In this document: positions 1-13,523 of the stretch, piece by piece
Layout: each line of letters starts with the position of its first letter
Position numbering within the stretch: position 1 is the first letter of the stretch
From: Octopus sinensis
Lineage: Eukaryota
DNA: 64,000 nt
Assembly: GCF_006345805.1 (NCBI RefSeq)
Contig: NC_043008.1
Span: 28,086,001 to 28,150,000 of the forward strand
Reading direction: 5' to 3'
Notes under the pieces: generated by a model
Databases searched by the model: none
What the model was told of the DNA's origin: nothing
Seen by the model: the letters and a program-made list of their open reading frames with translations, nothing else
Translations under genes and position numbers: made by a program

Positions 1-489
1 TATACCACAGTATAGCTGCACAATATTATTGCGCTCAATAATATAAGAAACAGATAAGCCTTCTCCGTCGTCTTATTCATGTATCATTCCCCTGAATTAC
101 ATCAATGGCACTACAACTAAAGTTTTCCCTATAAACCCAATTTTCAAACTTCCTTGGCACTATTGTTGAACCAGCTCCTCATATGTTCTCTCCATTACAC
201 TTTTTGCCTAACATGTGATTTACTACGCGTTATTGAAATGTATAGCGTGTGAAGCCACAGTGCTACAAATCCTGTAGACTTCAGTAAACGTTCTCAGTGA
301 AAGCCTACTGAGTATCTTACTACATTATGTTGAGTGGTGGGGAATGCTTATCTATATGATATTCAGTTGGTATTCGGTAAAAATCAGCTATTCCTGCAGG
401 CCTTCTATAATGTTGACAGTCATACAGAAAACTATATCCGAAGAGAAAATGGATGTTTCTGAAGTAGAAAAGAGGGCAATATACTACAA

Positions 490-870
490 AAAGATTGATA
501 TGTGAAGTATATAGCGTATGAAACTACCATTACACCAGTTGAAACCGGGCAGAGAGCGACGAAAAATATGTGGGTTTGGTACAAGTTAGTTCAAACAACG
601 GTACTACTGACATATACATCCTATAAATATCCAGAAAAAAGGACAGCACCGGTTCTTTCAAAACGAGATGGGACCTAAAAAAAAGGAACACCATATAGCA
701 TCAAATGCAAAATTCTGGATAGATCCAGGCCATTTATCAAAGGAACAAAGATATGTGTACTTATCTAAACTGAGAAGGTGAGTATATTGTAAGGATTCAA
801 ATCCAGAAATATTCACTAGAACAATAAGCAAGATTTCCAGAACATAGTGGCACATCAAGTTTCACTGTCT
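490..870 (+). pseudogene. Decayed GIY-YIG endonuclease fragment of a Penelope-like element
   Basis: Manual translation across stops and frameshifts gives EKYVGL, FKQRYY*H and PYSIKCKILDRSRPFIKGTKICVLI*TEK, collinear with the intact endonuclease ORF at 6498-6935. Confidence 0.6.
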
Positions 871-2501
871 ATCTGCGGGAAAATATAATGGAATGAACAC
901 ACAGCTACAAATCTCAACCAATACGTACACACCTTAATCAGCTAATTACACACACATACATACACGCACACACTTACACACATAAGCACACGTACACAAA
1001 CTCTCACACACACACACTCACGCAAACAAATCCACACACACACATAATTATATATTGAACTTGGGAATTATATTGCATTTGGTTTCATTCCCATTAGAAC
1101 TGAAACACCTTTACAATTTCGTTTTTCATCCTGTGAACACTCTATTACGTACATTTTTGTAATATATACAATTAGTGAGAAAATGCATGATCCGGAGAGA
1201 TACAAAATTAAGTATAACATTTAGCTAAGGACCGATCCTAGTACAAGCTCATCTGTCATACAACATTAATAAACAATTTTCATTTATAGCATTTTAACAA
1301 TGGAATGTGATAAATTGTGCCGCATACTCTGACACACAATTAACACATATAATAATATGGTTTCACACGGACACAAAGACATGTTCCATTATTCACTTTT
1401 TTATATACATAAATATGGAAACTATTATTCGTGCTCATGTGTACATATCATTGTGTGCGTGTGTGTGCGTCTGTTTGTGCGTGTGCGTTTGATTGTGTGT
1501 GTGTTCATGTGTGACAGTGAGTGCCAACGTGTATGTATGCATACAAGGCTGTTTTCATGCCAGCCGATAATTAAATCTTGTTGAGGTGTATTAAGTGCTC
1601 ACATTGTGTTGTATATTGCTGCTACATTGATAATTGTCCATCAACTCTCACACTCTCATACATATACTCACTGTCTATATTATACATATTAGATTACAGG
1701 ACATTTTAAAAAATTACCTTTCACGGTGCAATTTTCGTTCTTTTATAGTTTCTCTCAATTCTGTTTATTGCCTCCATCAGAGACTGAATTTATATTTTTG
1801 CAATTGTTTGTTGATGATTAGGGAATTCATTGTAATGATATTATGACACTAAACCTATACCAAATGTATCTTATAAAGATTACTTGATGCTTCCTTACGT
1901 TTTTGAAATCTTGTTTACATGACAATCAGTAAATGAGAAACATAATAATATTATAAACTAGAGCTTAGAATACAATACCCGGTTAAACTGTAAATATATT
2001 ACACCGAAATGTCTATTATAATTACAAGATAAACAATTTCTCTTACTTTCCATATTTCATTTGAGTAAAAATTTGCGGTAATCAGAACGATAATTATATA
2101 AATGAAGTGAACAATGTACACAATAATAAGTTTCTCTGATTCTCTGGTTACACTGATGTGTATATTATCTCCCTTAACTATGTAAATGTGTGTGTTTATG
2201 AATGTGTATGTGTGTATGTATATATATATATATATGCGTGTGTGTGTGCATATATATATATATATATATATTCAAGTATGTGTTTATGTATGTACGTAAG
2301 CATGCATGAATGCATATATAGAGTACTTGTATATATATATATATATATATATTAATTTATATATAGAGGGCATTATACATACATGCCAGGAGGCATTCTA
2401 CATACACGCCATACGCTAAGAGGGACAATCAGTCATTTCTACCAAAAATATTACTAATCCCACCGAATGCAATTTTTCAAAGAAGACATTTAAAAATATA
2501 T

Positions 2502-2549
2502 AGACCTGTATCACAGTGATTTCATACTTACGTAATCATCAGCAGGCCT
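2502..2549 (-). ncRNA. Type I hammerhead ribozyme, family A1 copy 1
   Basis: Reverse complement reads AGGCCTG-CTGATGA-TTACGTAAGTAT-GAAA-TCACTGTGA-TA-CAGGTCT: 7-bp stem I, short stem II with GUAA loop, near-palindromic stem III, AUA cleavage triplet. Confidence 0.85.
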
Positions 2550-2979
2550 GAATATACTATAAATAAACAACGACCCTGCTTCGCTTAAGCCGATCAGCTA
2601 ACTGATCAACATCAACGAAGCACATGGGTGGTTTATATATACTATATCCGGATGAATGGCAAACTTTTACGAATTGCATTTCGGGAGAGAAAAGTTTTTT
2701 CGGAATAAAAATTTAGCAATTAAGGACAACTACTTAATAAGGAAAACTTAACAAGAAATTGTCAGGTAGATAGCGTAAAAACCTCATACGAGAAAAAATT
2801 TCGAAAATAATTATTTCTTATTGAACATATTAATTTATATATAGAGGGCATTATACATACATGCCAGGAGGCATTCTACATACACGCCATACGCTAAGAG
2901 GGACAATCAGTCATTTCTACCAAAAATATACTAATCCCACCGAATGCAATTTTTCAAAGAAAGACATTTAAAAATATAT

Positions 2980-3027
2980 AGACCTGTATCACAGTGATTT
3001 CATACTTACGTAATCATCAGCAGGCCT
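2980..3027 (-). ncRNA. Type I hammerhead ribozyme, family A1 copy 2
   Basis: Same motif as 2502-2549, 478 bp downstream. Confidence 0.85.
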
Positions 3028-3530
3028 GAATATACTATAAATAAACAACGACCCTGCTTCGCTTAAGCCGATCAGCTAACTGGAACATCAACGAAGCACA
3101 TGGGTGGGTTTATATATACTATATCCGGATGAATGGCAAACTTTTACGAATTGCATTTCGGGAGAGGAAAAGTTTTTTCGGAATAAAAATTAGCAATTAA
3201 GGACAACTACTTAATAAGGAAAACTTAACAAGAAATTGTCAGGTAGATAGCGTAAAAACCTCATACGAGAAAAAATTTCGAAAATAATTATTTCTTATTG
3301 AACATATTTCTTGTTGAACAATTTCTTGTTAAGTTTTCCTTATTAAGTAGTTGTCCTTAATTGCTAAATTTTATTCCGAAAAAACTTTTCCTCTCCCGAA
3401 ATGCAATTCGTAAAATTTGCCATTCATCCGGATATAGTATATATAAACCCACCCATGTGCTTCGTTGATGTTGATCAGTTAGCTGATCGGCTTAAGCGAA
3501 GCAGGGTCGTTGTTTATTTATAGTATATTC

Positions 3531-3578
3531 AGGCCTGCTGATGATTACGTAAGTATGAAATCACTGTGATACAGGTCT
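3531..3578 (+). ncRNA. Type I hammerhead ribozyme, family A1 copy 3
   Basis: aggcctg CTGATGA(3538-3544) ttacgtaagtat GAAA(3557-3560) tcactgtga TA caggtct; predicted cleavage after 3571. Position 10.1/11.1 is a U-U mismatch rather than the usual purine-pyrimidine pair. Confidence 0.85.
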
Positions 3579-4012
3579 ATATATTTTTAAATGTCTTTCT
3601 TTGAAAAATTGCATTCGGTGGGATTAGTAATATTTTTGGTAGAGAAATGACTGATTGTCCCTCTTAGCGTATGGCGTGTATGTAGAATGCCTCCTGGCAT
3701 GTATGTATAATGCCCTCTATATATAAATTAATATGTTCAATAAGAAATAATTATTTTCGAAATTTTTTCTCGTATGAGGTTTTTACGCTATCTACCTGAC
3801 AATTTCTTGTTAAGTTTTCCTTATAAGTAGTTGTCCTTAATTGCTAAATTTTTATTCCGAAAAAACTTTTCCTCTCCCGAAATGCAATTCGTAAAAGTTT
3901 GCCATTCATCCGGATATAGTATATATAAACCCACCCATGTGCTTCGTTGATGTTGATCAGTTAGCTGATCGGCTTAAGCGAAGCAGGGTCGTTGTTTATT
4001 TATAGTATATTC

Positions 4013-4058
4013 AGGCCTTGATGATTACGTAAGTATGAAATCACTGTGATACAGGTCT
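4013..4058 (+). ncRNA. Hammerhead copy 4 with damaged core
   Basis: Reads aggccttgatga instead of aggcctgctgatga (2-nt loss removing C3); the rest is identical. Could be a mutation or a sequencing error. Confidence 0.6.
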
Positions 4059-4323
4059 ATATATTTTTAAATGTCTTTCTTTGAAAAATTGCATTCGGTG
4101 GGATTAGTAAATTTTTGGTAGAAATGACTGATTGTCCCTCTTAGCGTATGGCGTGTATGTAGAATGCCTCATGGCATGTATGTATAATGCCCTCTATATA
4201 TAAATTAATATGTTCAATAAGAAATAATTATTTTCGAAATTTTTTCTCGTATGAGTTTTTACGCTATCTACCTGACAATTCTTGTTAAGTTTTCCTTATT
4301 AAGTAGTTGTCCTTAATTGCTAA

Positions 4324-4386
<63 letters not shown>

Positions 4387-4602
4387 CAGAGACAGACTGA
4401 CAACACCATGTATGAATTTTACTGAGATACATTTAAATCTTTCAAGCAATTCTAAGTTCCGGTTCATGTAGTTTCAACATATTTGATTCTAATCATGATT
4501 TCAATTATGAATTCAGGATATTTATGTTCAAGGATCTTTAACTTACTGGCGGGTGCACGTTATATGTGTGTGTTTAGATAAATACACACACAATAATATA
4601 TG

Positions 4603-4634
<32 letters not shown>

Positions 4635-4636
4635 AT

Positions 4637-4706
<70 letters not shown>

Positions 4707-6141
4707 CGTGTATGTATTTATATGCATGTGTGTATGTGTGTGTGCATATGCGGGCTGTCCATATGAAGGTCTATATTGTAGCATATCTCAACTCCACATG
4801 TTCTGAATACGATGAATTATGATAAAATTGCGTATCCCGTACCTGAAGCTCTTAGTGGGCGTAAAACTGCCTGAATGTATATAAATATAAATTTGAGGAT
4901 ATCTTTTATTCATTTTGAAAATAATTAAGAGAGTCAATAAACAAAGAAATTAATTGTTTATGACTACAGCAAGCAAATAGGTCATATTTGTATTATACCG
5001 ATTTACATTCATTATAAATCTCATTTCAAAGGAAAATATCTGCGCTTAAATGTAAAACAGTAAATATTAACAATAGAATGTGAGATTATTATAATACATG
5101 TAATGGCTAAATTTCAGATGATATCAATAAATACATAGCTATCTATTCACATGCATTTGTTCAATACTTCTGGAGAAAGAACCAATGCCTTGCTTTACCA
5201 ACAATAAAATTATTCCAGTTATTTTAAATGTTTAAGTTAATATCTTGTACGATTATAGCACCACAAGTCAGCATACACTAATAGAGTATCAATCGTTCAC
5301 TTATACCTGAGATTCTTTACATGAATGGAGCAGTAGCTGAAGACAAATTTCAAATATTAGTAGCAGTTGTTAAGGAAAATACACATATGTAAATAAATTC
5401 GATAAAATATGTGTTGATCGGCATAAGTTACAAATTGCATCATATAAAATGATAAATTCGCAAAGAGAATGGGTGATGAAATCTAGAAGCAGTTAAATGT
5501 TATAGTACTCAGCTATATTACCAAAAATTACCTTTATCTTGTACAATCGCTCTGATACTGAAAACTTGATATCAGTTTTGACTCAGGCTTAAGCATATAG
5601 CTCCATATGGTAGACTTAAATTGGGGTATATTACGTAAAATTCTTTTTCCATAGTATCACAATTTGCCATTGTTCCGAACTCTGGTTGATATAATTCTAA
5701 ATCTGTAGTAATCAGACTGATAATTATATAAATTATCGTATTCATATTAGTTTCTAAATATCTGGGAATTAGTTGGTTCAGTATCTATATTTTTTATAAT
5801 CAAAATATTATCATTCCGTATTTTGGACAACATAATTGTATAGAGGATAGAACACGGGGACATATATTTTCAGCTACGCGGCCAGTTCAGCTCTTTACGG
5901 CTCACCCCAGGGAAGATAAGCATACACAAGCATAATCTGATCTCTGTAAATTGCAATAAATGTATCAAACATATTTGACAATATACAGTTCGTATTTTGC
6001 AATGCCAATATGCAATATCCAATTAATTATAAATGTAAAGAGTTGTGATTTATAATAGAAATTATTAAAAAGTTCGTTATTCCTTTACAAATCTCCAACT
6101 AAACTAATGATTCTCGAAAAACATAGATGCAGCGAAATGTG

Positions 6142-6213
<72 letters not shown>

Positions 6214-6497
6214 ATAAAACGGTAAGATAACAAAAGAGAGAAAGAGACCTCAATATTATGTAAATAGAGGATATTCATCTCTACAATATGTTACATTACT
6301 CGGTAGTCAAGATAAAACTCTGAGTTTCAGATGCCGAAGTGGGAATCCACAACACCATCTCTTCGGTTATAGGAAACTCTTCAATAGACACAATTTAAAA
6401 ATTAGTTTTAGTTCAACTACCAATTTTAAAAACATAATCAAACATAACATACAAAAAACAACAATAAGAAAACAGCTGTTCATGCAGGAATAAAGAA

Positions 6498-6935
6498 TTG
6501 TGCCCGCTAAATGGAGCTTGCATGTCCAAGACCATCATATATGAAGCTACCGAAAACTCTATAACCACTAAAGACACCGTTTCGACGAAGAAATACGTGG
6601 GCCTTACAGAGGGTGATTTCAAGGCCAGGTTCAATAACCACACTTTGAGCTTTAGGCACTGGAACAAAAGAAAAGCGACACAATTGTCTAATCATATTTG
6701 GTCTTTAAGAGATAAAGGTGTCGATTATGACATACAATGGAAGATTTTGGCCAGATGTAAGCCCTATACTAACGGCAGCGGAAGGTGCGGTCTATGCGAC
6801 ATGGAGAGATGGCTTATCTGGAAAAGCAGCTTAGACCCTACTACATGTCTAAATACAAGGACAGAGCTTTTCGGATCATGCCCACATGTGACTAAATTTG
6901 TGTTACGTTTTTGGTCCCCTAAAGAAAACAGATAG
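6498..6935 (+). pseudogene. PLE GIY-YIG endonuclease domain (C-terminal part of a truncated ORF)
   Basis: CPLNGAC...IIYEA...KYVGLTEGDFKARFNNH...LSNHIW...CGLC..E...LNTRTEL..CPH; in-frame CSCRNKEL immediately upstream. No RT present. Confidence 0.85.
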
Positions 6936-7128
6936 AACATGCTTTCTATGTTATGTCCTAAGAAGAATTTATATATTTTTATATACTTTTTATATATTTT
7001 TTATGTATTTTTATATAATTTTTATGACGAAAAATGCGAGCGATGTATAAGTACGCAGGCAAGCAGAGTTATAACAGAGTAATTTCCCTTTATTTAACGG
7101 TATTTTTTCATAACGTTTTCAAATAGCC

Positions 7129-7191
7129 AGATAACCGAAGAGATGGTGTTGTGGATTCCCACTTCGGCATCTTAAACTCAGAGTTTTATCT
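7129..7191 (+). ncRNA. Degenerate HHR-like motif in PLE pLTR
   Basis: agataa CCGAAGA gatg...catc t TAAA ctc a gag TT ttatct. The inverted copy at 6300-6370 retains GAAA. Core deviates (U4 to C). Confidence 0.5.
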
Positions 7192-7220
7192 TGACTACCG
7201 AGTAATGTAACATATAGTAT

Positions 7221-7264
<44 letters not shown>

Positions 7265-7332
7265 TATATATGTATATGTGTGTGTGTATGTGTGTGTGCG
7301 TGTGAGTGTGTGTGTATATACGTTTCTCTCTT

Positions 7333-7374
<42 letters not shown>

Positions 7375-10300
7375 CAGTTGCGGCCAAAATGTTCAGAACG
7401 GCATTGTTTTCGTCAGAAAAGTAGGTATACGTTTTTATCAAAGCTGTTTTATATTGTATAATTTATTTTAAGTATACATGTGAAATATAATCTGTATGTT
7501 AGTGGATATTTGTGAGATTTCGGTTATATTAATTGTTGCTTCATTTTTTCTGTCTTCACATATGCCATAAATCTGACTTTAATATGATTTTATTTAAAGT
7601 ACCAATTTCATGGTAGATTCCCTTCTCGCGTTATTTATTTTTATCAACTCTAATCCGATTAATGAAACTGTAAAACAAAAATATATCAAGAGATATGAAA
7701 TCCATAGAAATGCTGGCAGTTTACAAAGATATGTTGTATCTGTCAAAGAATACGATAGAGGATGTGTAAAATGATAATTAGAAAAAATGTCGTTGTTATC
7801 TATGTTGTAACGTTAGGTATTATAACACCAGTTCTGTCTGAAAGAATAAAAATTTTGGAACAAAGGAACATTGTTATCAGTAATTGAATGTTATATGTTG
7901 CTTAAATATGTTAATATAGGAAGTCATTTCGTTAAAGGATATCTCAAATTTACTACCATAGTAGTATGCGCAGAGAACTTGCTACGGTGACAACTTCAAC
8001 TGACGATATGATTGTTTAATTGTTTTAATGACACTTTTTCTGTCAATGTGATTATTCTAACATTAATTTAATGTCAATTCAGTACAAAGTTTTAGCGCTG
8101 TTTCATGAAAAGAGGAAAAGTTGACGTAGATCATGTTTTATGTATCTAAAAGTTATTGTAAATACAGAAAGGAACTATAAACATACGGTTCAAGAACACG
8201 ATTTCTCTGCATGCTCTATCAGCCATATAACTTAGTAATTTGTTTAATGTATATGACTTAAATATGCTGTTCTTATTTGTTCTTCTGAAGGAAGTTGTTT
8301 GAGAAGTTGTAATTTGTAGTTGCAATATGATTGAAGAAGTGAACGTTTGGTTTTTCCCCCTAAGTTTCTATTACGGCATTTTTTTTTTGTCAAACAAAAG
8401 AACGATATTTTGATGGACAAAGGTTTGTGCCGCTATTTTATAAGCATTTCTTATATACACAATTCCAAGTGAAATTCCATCAAATTATCCATTTGGCACG
8501 CCTATTGCGTACACGCATCACGTCCTATCATTTGCATCCTCCAACGTTTTCCAGTTTCCTTGTAAAATGATATCTCGTGGATAGAGTTGTCCTTGATTCG
8601 TTTACCGTCACAAAATCTCGCATATATCAAATATAAATAGCAATTATTTGTTATGAGACGAAGCTGGGTTTCAAATTGTGGCAAACTATCATGCAAACAT
8701 TCTAGGCATTCACGAGGGAAACATGTCACCTAGAAATATAGCATATGCATCACACAAAAGTATGGAATGCTTGTACTGCATAGAAAAACATTTCATTGCA
8801 TTTGGTTATAACTGTGATTTGAAGTATCTTTACATAGGCATCAGGAATTATACATAACCAATTACGATTTCGTGTATACTGAAAAGTACTGCATGTATTT
8901 GCAGACATAGAAATATATGGGGAATATCACAAGATATTTCATATGAAATTAGAAATTAATATTACGCTGCTGCAGTGGCTACATATTGGTTGTGTGAGAG
9001 GTTGCTTCTCATAAGTTGTCGACTGCTATTCATCGTTATTCCTCCAAATGTTTCGAATATTGAATCTGACGTATGCGTTTTGCGAGTAATGAAGGCATGA
9101 AATGTGCTTCGATAGAGTAAATCGTTTTCTTTTGTTGTATTACAAATTCACTATCGACACTAACGAATATCACTTATATTGCAGGCCAGTTTATTTCGTC
9201 TGTCACTTTGTTGTCTATAATAAGAATCATAATAGATAATGTTTTACTCTTTTTATGTTACTTATTTTCATAATTGTATTTGCTATAGTAGTCCGTTGAG
9301 ATATGTTTCTTTGATACAATATTACTTTGTTCTGAAAATATTAACATTTATGATTTTGTATTTCAGCATACATATTATTTTAGTATTTACTTCGAACTTC
9401 AACTATCCATAGATACCATCCTGGTATAATATATTTTACTATTTCTATTGACTCCTGAATCCTATCTTTAAAGACAATTTATATCGGCTATAAATGTATG
9501 AATTGGTTTCTTTTTTCTATTTTCCAGAGACATTTGCATGGATATATTTTTTCATATTTGATTTGATTTCCTATCATTCTTTGATGTTGTCGTTCTAGCC
9601 GTATTTTATCCTATATGAAACATTATGTATCTTTGATGTTGTCATGCTTTCTCTTCCATCCAACATATAAATAGTATAACGCCATTATTATCTAAGAAAT
9701 GTTTTTGTTATCAAATTTCTGCAATGATGCATTACGCAGTTGTTTATTAAATAAAATTACTTTCATTATTGCTGGTTTCGTAAAGAAGTATAGTTCACTT
9801 AAAATATATTTTCTTTTAAATAGTAGATGTATGTATACCGTAAAAAGAAATATGTCGTGTTCAATGTCAAAAGGGAATCTTCCATATAATTTTACGTTCC
9901 AGACATTGATGTTTTAATATGCCAAATTAAACGTATAAACTAACAAGGGGAAAATTGTCCTGCACGTAAAAGTACTGATATTAGAAGTATGTGTTACCTT
10001 GAGTTTTAAACACATAGGAAGGAACAAATTATAATCCAATATATAATGGGTAACTATTATGATCAGAAAGTTTGTTCTTAGAAGAGATGGTGTGAGTATG
10101 TGGAACAAAGATCATAGTGGAATAGGTGAGAAAGTTAAGATCTGAGGGTGAGCAGCAGGAAAGTCAACACCTCACACTCGGCAGAATGACAAGTGGGAGA
10201 GGGTCGCAAATTTAGGAGAAAAACTGATTCGGATGTCATAGTAAGAGGAAAACCATCTTACATTTAAAATCTTCTTAAACACTTCAAAACGTTCTTAAAC

Positions 10301-11163
10301 ACAAATATCACTATCAATGTTTCATAAATTTGAAGAAACAGAATATCTACTGGATTTGAATTTAAAAAATGATTGTATGTTGAATAGTGATCGCTGATTA
10401 TATATTTGTTTTGCAACATGTTGCATGTCGAAAGAGCGGCTTCCAACTTGCCAATCCTTAGTGCTTCAAAGAAACTGATTTTGTCAGATATATTTCCACA
10501 TACTCTATCTTGTATTTTGAGTTTTCACATTGACATTCAGTCAAAGAATATGCTTTAATGATTCTCTTTTTCATAGTTACATATGGTATCACTGAAGCTG
10601 CACCAGTCAGTTCTGGGCTGAATACCAAAAATTGATTACTATAGAACTACTATATTTATCTTTTGGGAGTGTCATTGATAAATTTGAGACGGTATCCTCT
10701 CCATACAGAGCATTTTGCGGTTGAATAATTACTGGGTAGTGTAAAACTCTTAACGGTTTTCCAACAAATAGTTTTATCACAGTTTCATATTCCCTTCAGC
10801 CACACACATGAATAAAGCCATGAAGAAAACAAAACTGCTTAGGAATGTGTATCTTGGAGGAACATTTATTACAACTGAATCAAAGGACACTACGACACTT
10901 ATCCAGCAGAAACTTGTGTGAAATTGCAGTTTAATATGAAACAATGTAATAAATGTAAGTGTGGGTGTAAGAGCGTATGCGTACGCACGTGTCTATATAC
11001 GTAGATACGTATTTTATACATATATATACATGTGTATACATATATATATATATGAATATATATATTAGTGTAAGCACACGCATGTGTGTGTGTGTGTGTG
11101 TGCTTCTGTATACATACACATACATGTAGGCGCAGACGTCGCTGTGTGATAAGAAACTTGCTG

Positions 11164-11395
11164 ACGGTGAGCTGGCAGAAACGTTAGCACGCCGGGCGAA
11201 ATTCTTAGCGGTATTTCGTCTGTCGTTACGTTCTGAGTTCACATTTCACCGGGGTGGACTTTGCCTTTCATCCTTTCGGGATCGATAAATTAAGTACCAG
11301 TTACGCACTGGAGTCGAAGTAATCGGCATAATCCCTTTGTCTGTACTTGTTTGTCCCCTCTATGTTTAGCCCCTTGTGGGCAACAAAGAAATAAG
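11164..11395 (+). mobile_element. tRNA-derived SINE (octopus OK-like)
   Basis: gagctggcagaaacgttagc A-box-like head, gagttcacatt B-box-like motif, ctttcatcctttcggg..gataaattaagtacc central domain; related copies at 20555 and 20791. Confidence 0.75.
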
Positions 11396-11537
11396 ACACT
11401 TGCTTCCCAACCACATGTATCCTGGTTAGTACGACTGCATAGCATCTGGGGCAAGAGTTTCCTAGTATAGCCTCGGGGCGAACCAAACCCTGTAGGTGGG
11501 TTTGGTAGATGCAAACTGAAAGAGGCCTGTCTTATAT

Positions 11538-11606
<69 letters not shown>

Positions 11607-11940
11607 TATATACATATATAAATATAAATAAATAGATAGATAAATATATATATATACATACATATAAATAACATATATATATATATATACATACATATAA
11701 ATAAACATATATATATATATACATGTATGTGTTTGTGTGTCTGTGTTAGCACCCCTACCATCGGTCGACAAGCGTTGTTAGTGTGTTTATGCACCGAATT
11801 CTAGCGGGTTCACTAAATAAAACGATAGTATTAGTGCTAGGTTTACAAAGAATAAGTCCTATGGTTAATTTCATCGACTACAGACTCTGCTCTAGCATGC
11901 CTGCTGTCAAATAACTGACACAAAAGAAAGAATGAAAGAA
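11396..11940 (+). mobile_element. OR-like SINE with internal (TA)n/(TG)n microsatellite
   Basis: Head ...tatagcctcgggg..aactgaaagaggcctgtc, then microsatellite 11534-11735, then tail ...gtgtttatgcacc..tacaaagaataagtcc..; same bipartite layout elsewhere in the window. Confidence 0.7.
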
Positions 11941-11962
11941 TATGCATATATACACACACGCG

Positions 11963-12004
<42 letters not shown>

Positions 12005-12669
12005 TATACGCATATCATACACGTATTATACTTATACACACACATACACACGTATACATGAAGAACGAAGAACTATCCATCTTCAAAATGTGTTTATTGC
12101 AGCATATTTCTTATCAAATTCCAATGCGATTCCAGTTTCTGCTAGATAAGTGCCCTGATGTCCTTTGATGTAAAATTTTTGCCTATATAATTTATGCAGT
12201 TGTAATGCATGTTCATCTAAGTTATACACTGCTAAGTAGTTTTGTTTTGTTCAAGGGCTTACTCATGCGCGTAGCCGAAGCGAATGTGAAACTATGATAG
12301 AAGTACTTGATGGAAAACTATTAGTAGCTCTCCTCTGTATATTTCATCACAGAATGCTGTTTATTCAGAAGATAGTGGCTTGCGTAAACTAGCGTTGCTA
12401 ATGGAGATGTTGCAGAGACATTTGTAACTTATAATTAAAGAGGTGTTAATGAATTTTCTTTGTCTTCACACTTGATTGTTTATTCCTCGCCAAACCACAA
12501 GACGGTATAATTGTCGTGAAACGTGGATTCTCTACACAAGAAGTATTCCAGCATACAGGTTGAATGCTTGTCTAGAAATACCCTAACTTCCCAACAAATT
12601 GACATTAGACATTTGCACTGTACCAAATATACACCACGTATTTTCGAACTTAAGTGTGTGTGTGAGTGT

Positions 12670-12707
<38 letters not shown>

Positions 12708-12999
12708 GTATGTATGCATATATGACAGCACAAATGGAAAGAGGTTCACTGCGCCTGTTTCAGATGTGTTCTTAATTGATAAAAAATCAGTTACATCGTT
12801 TAACAAAACTGTTTCATTCAGATTAATTAATATTAAATCCATAATATAACATGCGTAAGTTGAAGCACAAATCCATATGTACTCTTGTAAGTACGTGAGC
12901 GTTCGTTCACATTGTAAATACACGGATATGGTGTTATTGATTCTATTTTCGTATACTAATTCTTAAAATACCTCGATCTTGCTTATCAATATATATATA

Positions 13000-13039
<40 letters not shown>

Positions 13040-13215
13040 ATATATATATATTATATAATATATATATATATTTATATATGTTTTTATTTATAATTGTATG
13101 TATGTATGCATGTATATGTATATGAATATATGGATATATATATATATTTATACATGTTTGTATTTATAATTGTATGTATGTATGCATGTGTATATATATA
13201 TATATATGTATATAT

Positions 13216-13259
<44 letters not shown>

Positions 13260-13269
13260 TATATATATA

Positions 13270-13523
13270 GGAGAAATATGTTACGAAAAGAAAATATGAA
13301 ATACACGTGGAAATGTAGGGGTCAAATATGAAAAATCAATGAAAATGCATATTGCAAATAGAATAAAGGGTATTTATGACAGGTAGTGACAAATATATAC
13401 ATTTAGATTGACTGAGGTAGTAATACGAGTCATAAAGATCATTATTATGAGATGATTATAAGATGATAATAAAGTAAGAGAACAAAACGAACCAGTGATT
13501 TATGCGAAGGCTATTCATCGTTT
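13270..13523 (-). repeat. ~250-bp dispersed repeat in (TA)n, probable PLE pLTR remnant (copy 1)
   Basis: Aligns along its length with 53276-53526; both flanked by (TA)n. Confidence 0.65.

Larger units (their letters stand above)
2351..4328. mobile_element. HHR-bearing tandem repeat (putative non-LTR retrozyme, family A1) in foldback arrangement
   Basis: Two direct ~478-bp units (2351-2828, 2829-3307), an 11-bp filler, then about 2.1 units in the opposite orientation (3319-4327). Units differ mainly by 1-bp indels. (TA)n on both sides; one HHR per unit. Confidence 0.9.
6212..7223 (+). mobile_element. 5'-truncated Penelope-like element with inverted pLTR segment
   Basis: GIY-YIG ORF inside; 6279-6370 is the reverse complement of 7131-7222; (TA)n tracts at 6146-6210 and from 7224. 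Confidence 0.85.

Noticed and set aside
2351-4328. Foldback as a pure long-read chimera, or as a CRISPR-like array
   Set aside because: Homopolymer indels suggest unpolished reads, so an artefact is not excluded for this copy. However, the same architecture recurs with diverged arms at several other loci, and there are no unique spacers.
7375-7400. TA-CAGTTGCGGCCAAAA Tc1-like terminus
   Set aside because: No matching second TIR or clear transposase motifs found, so no element could be delimited.
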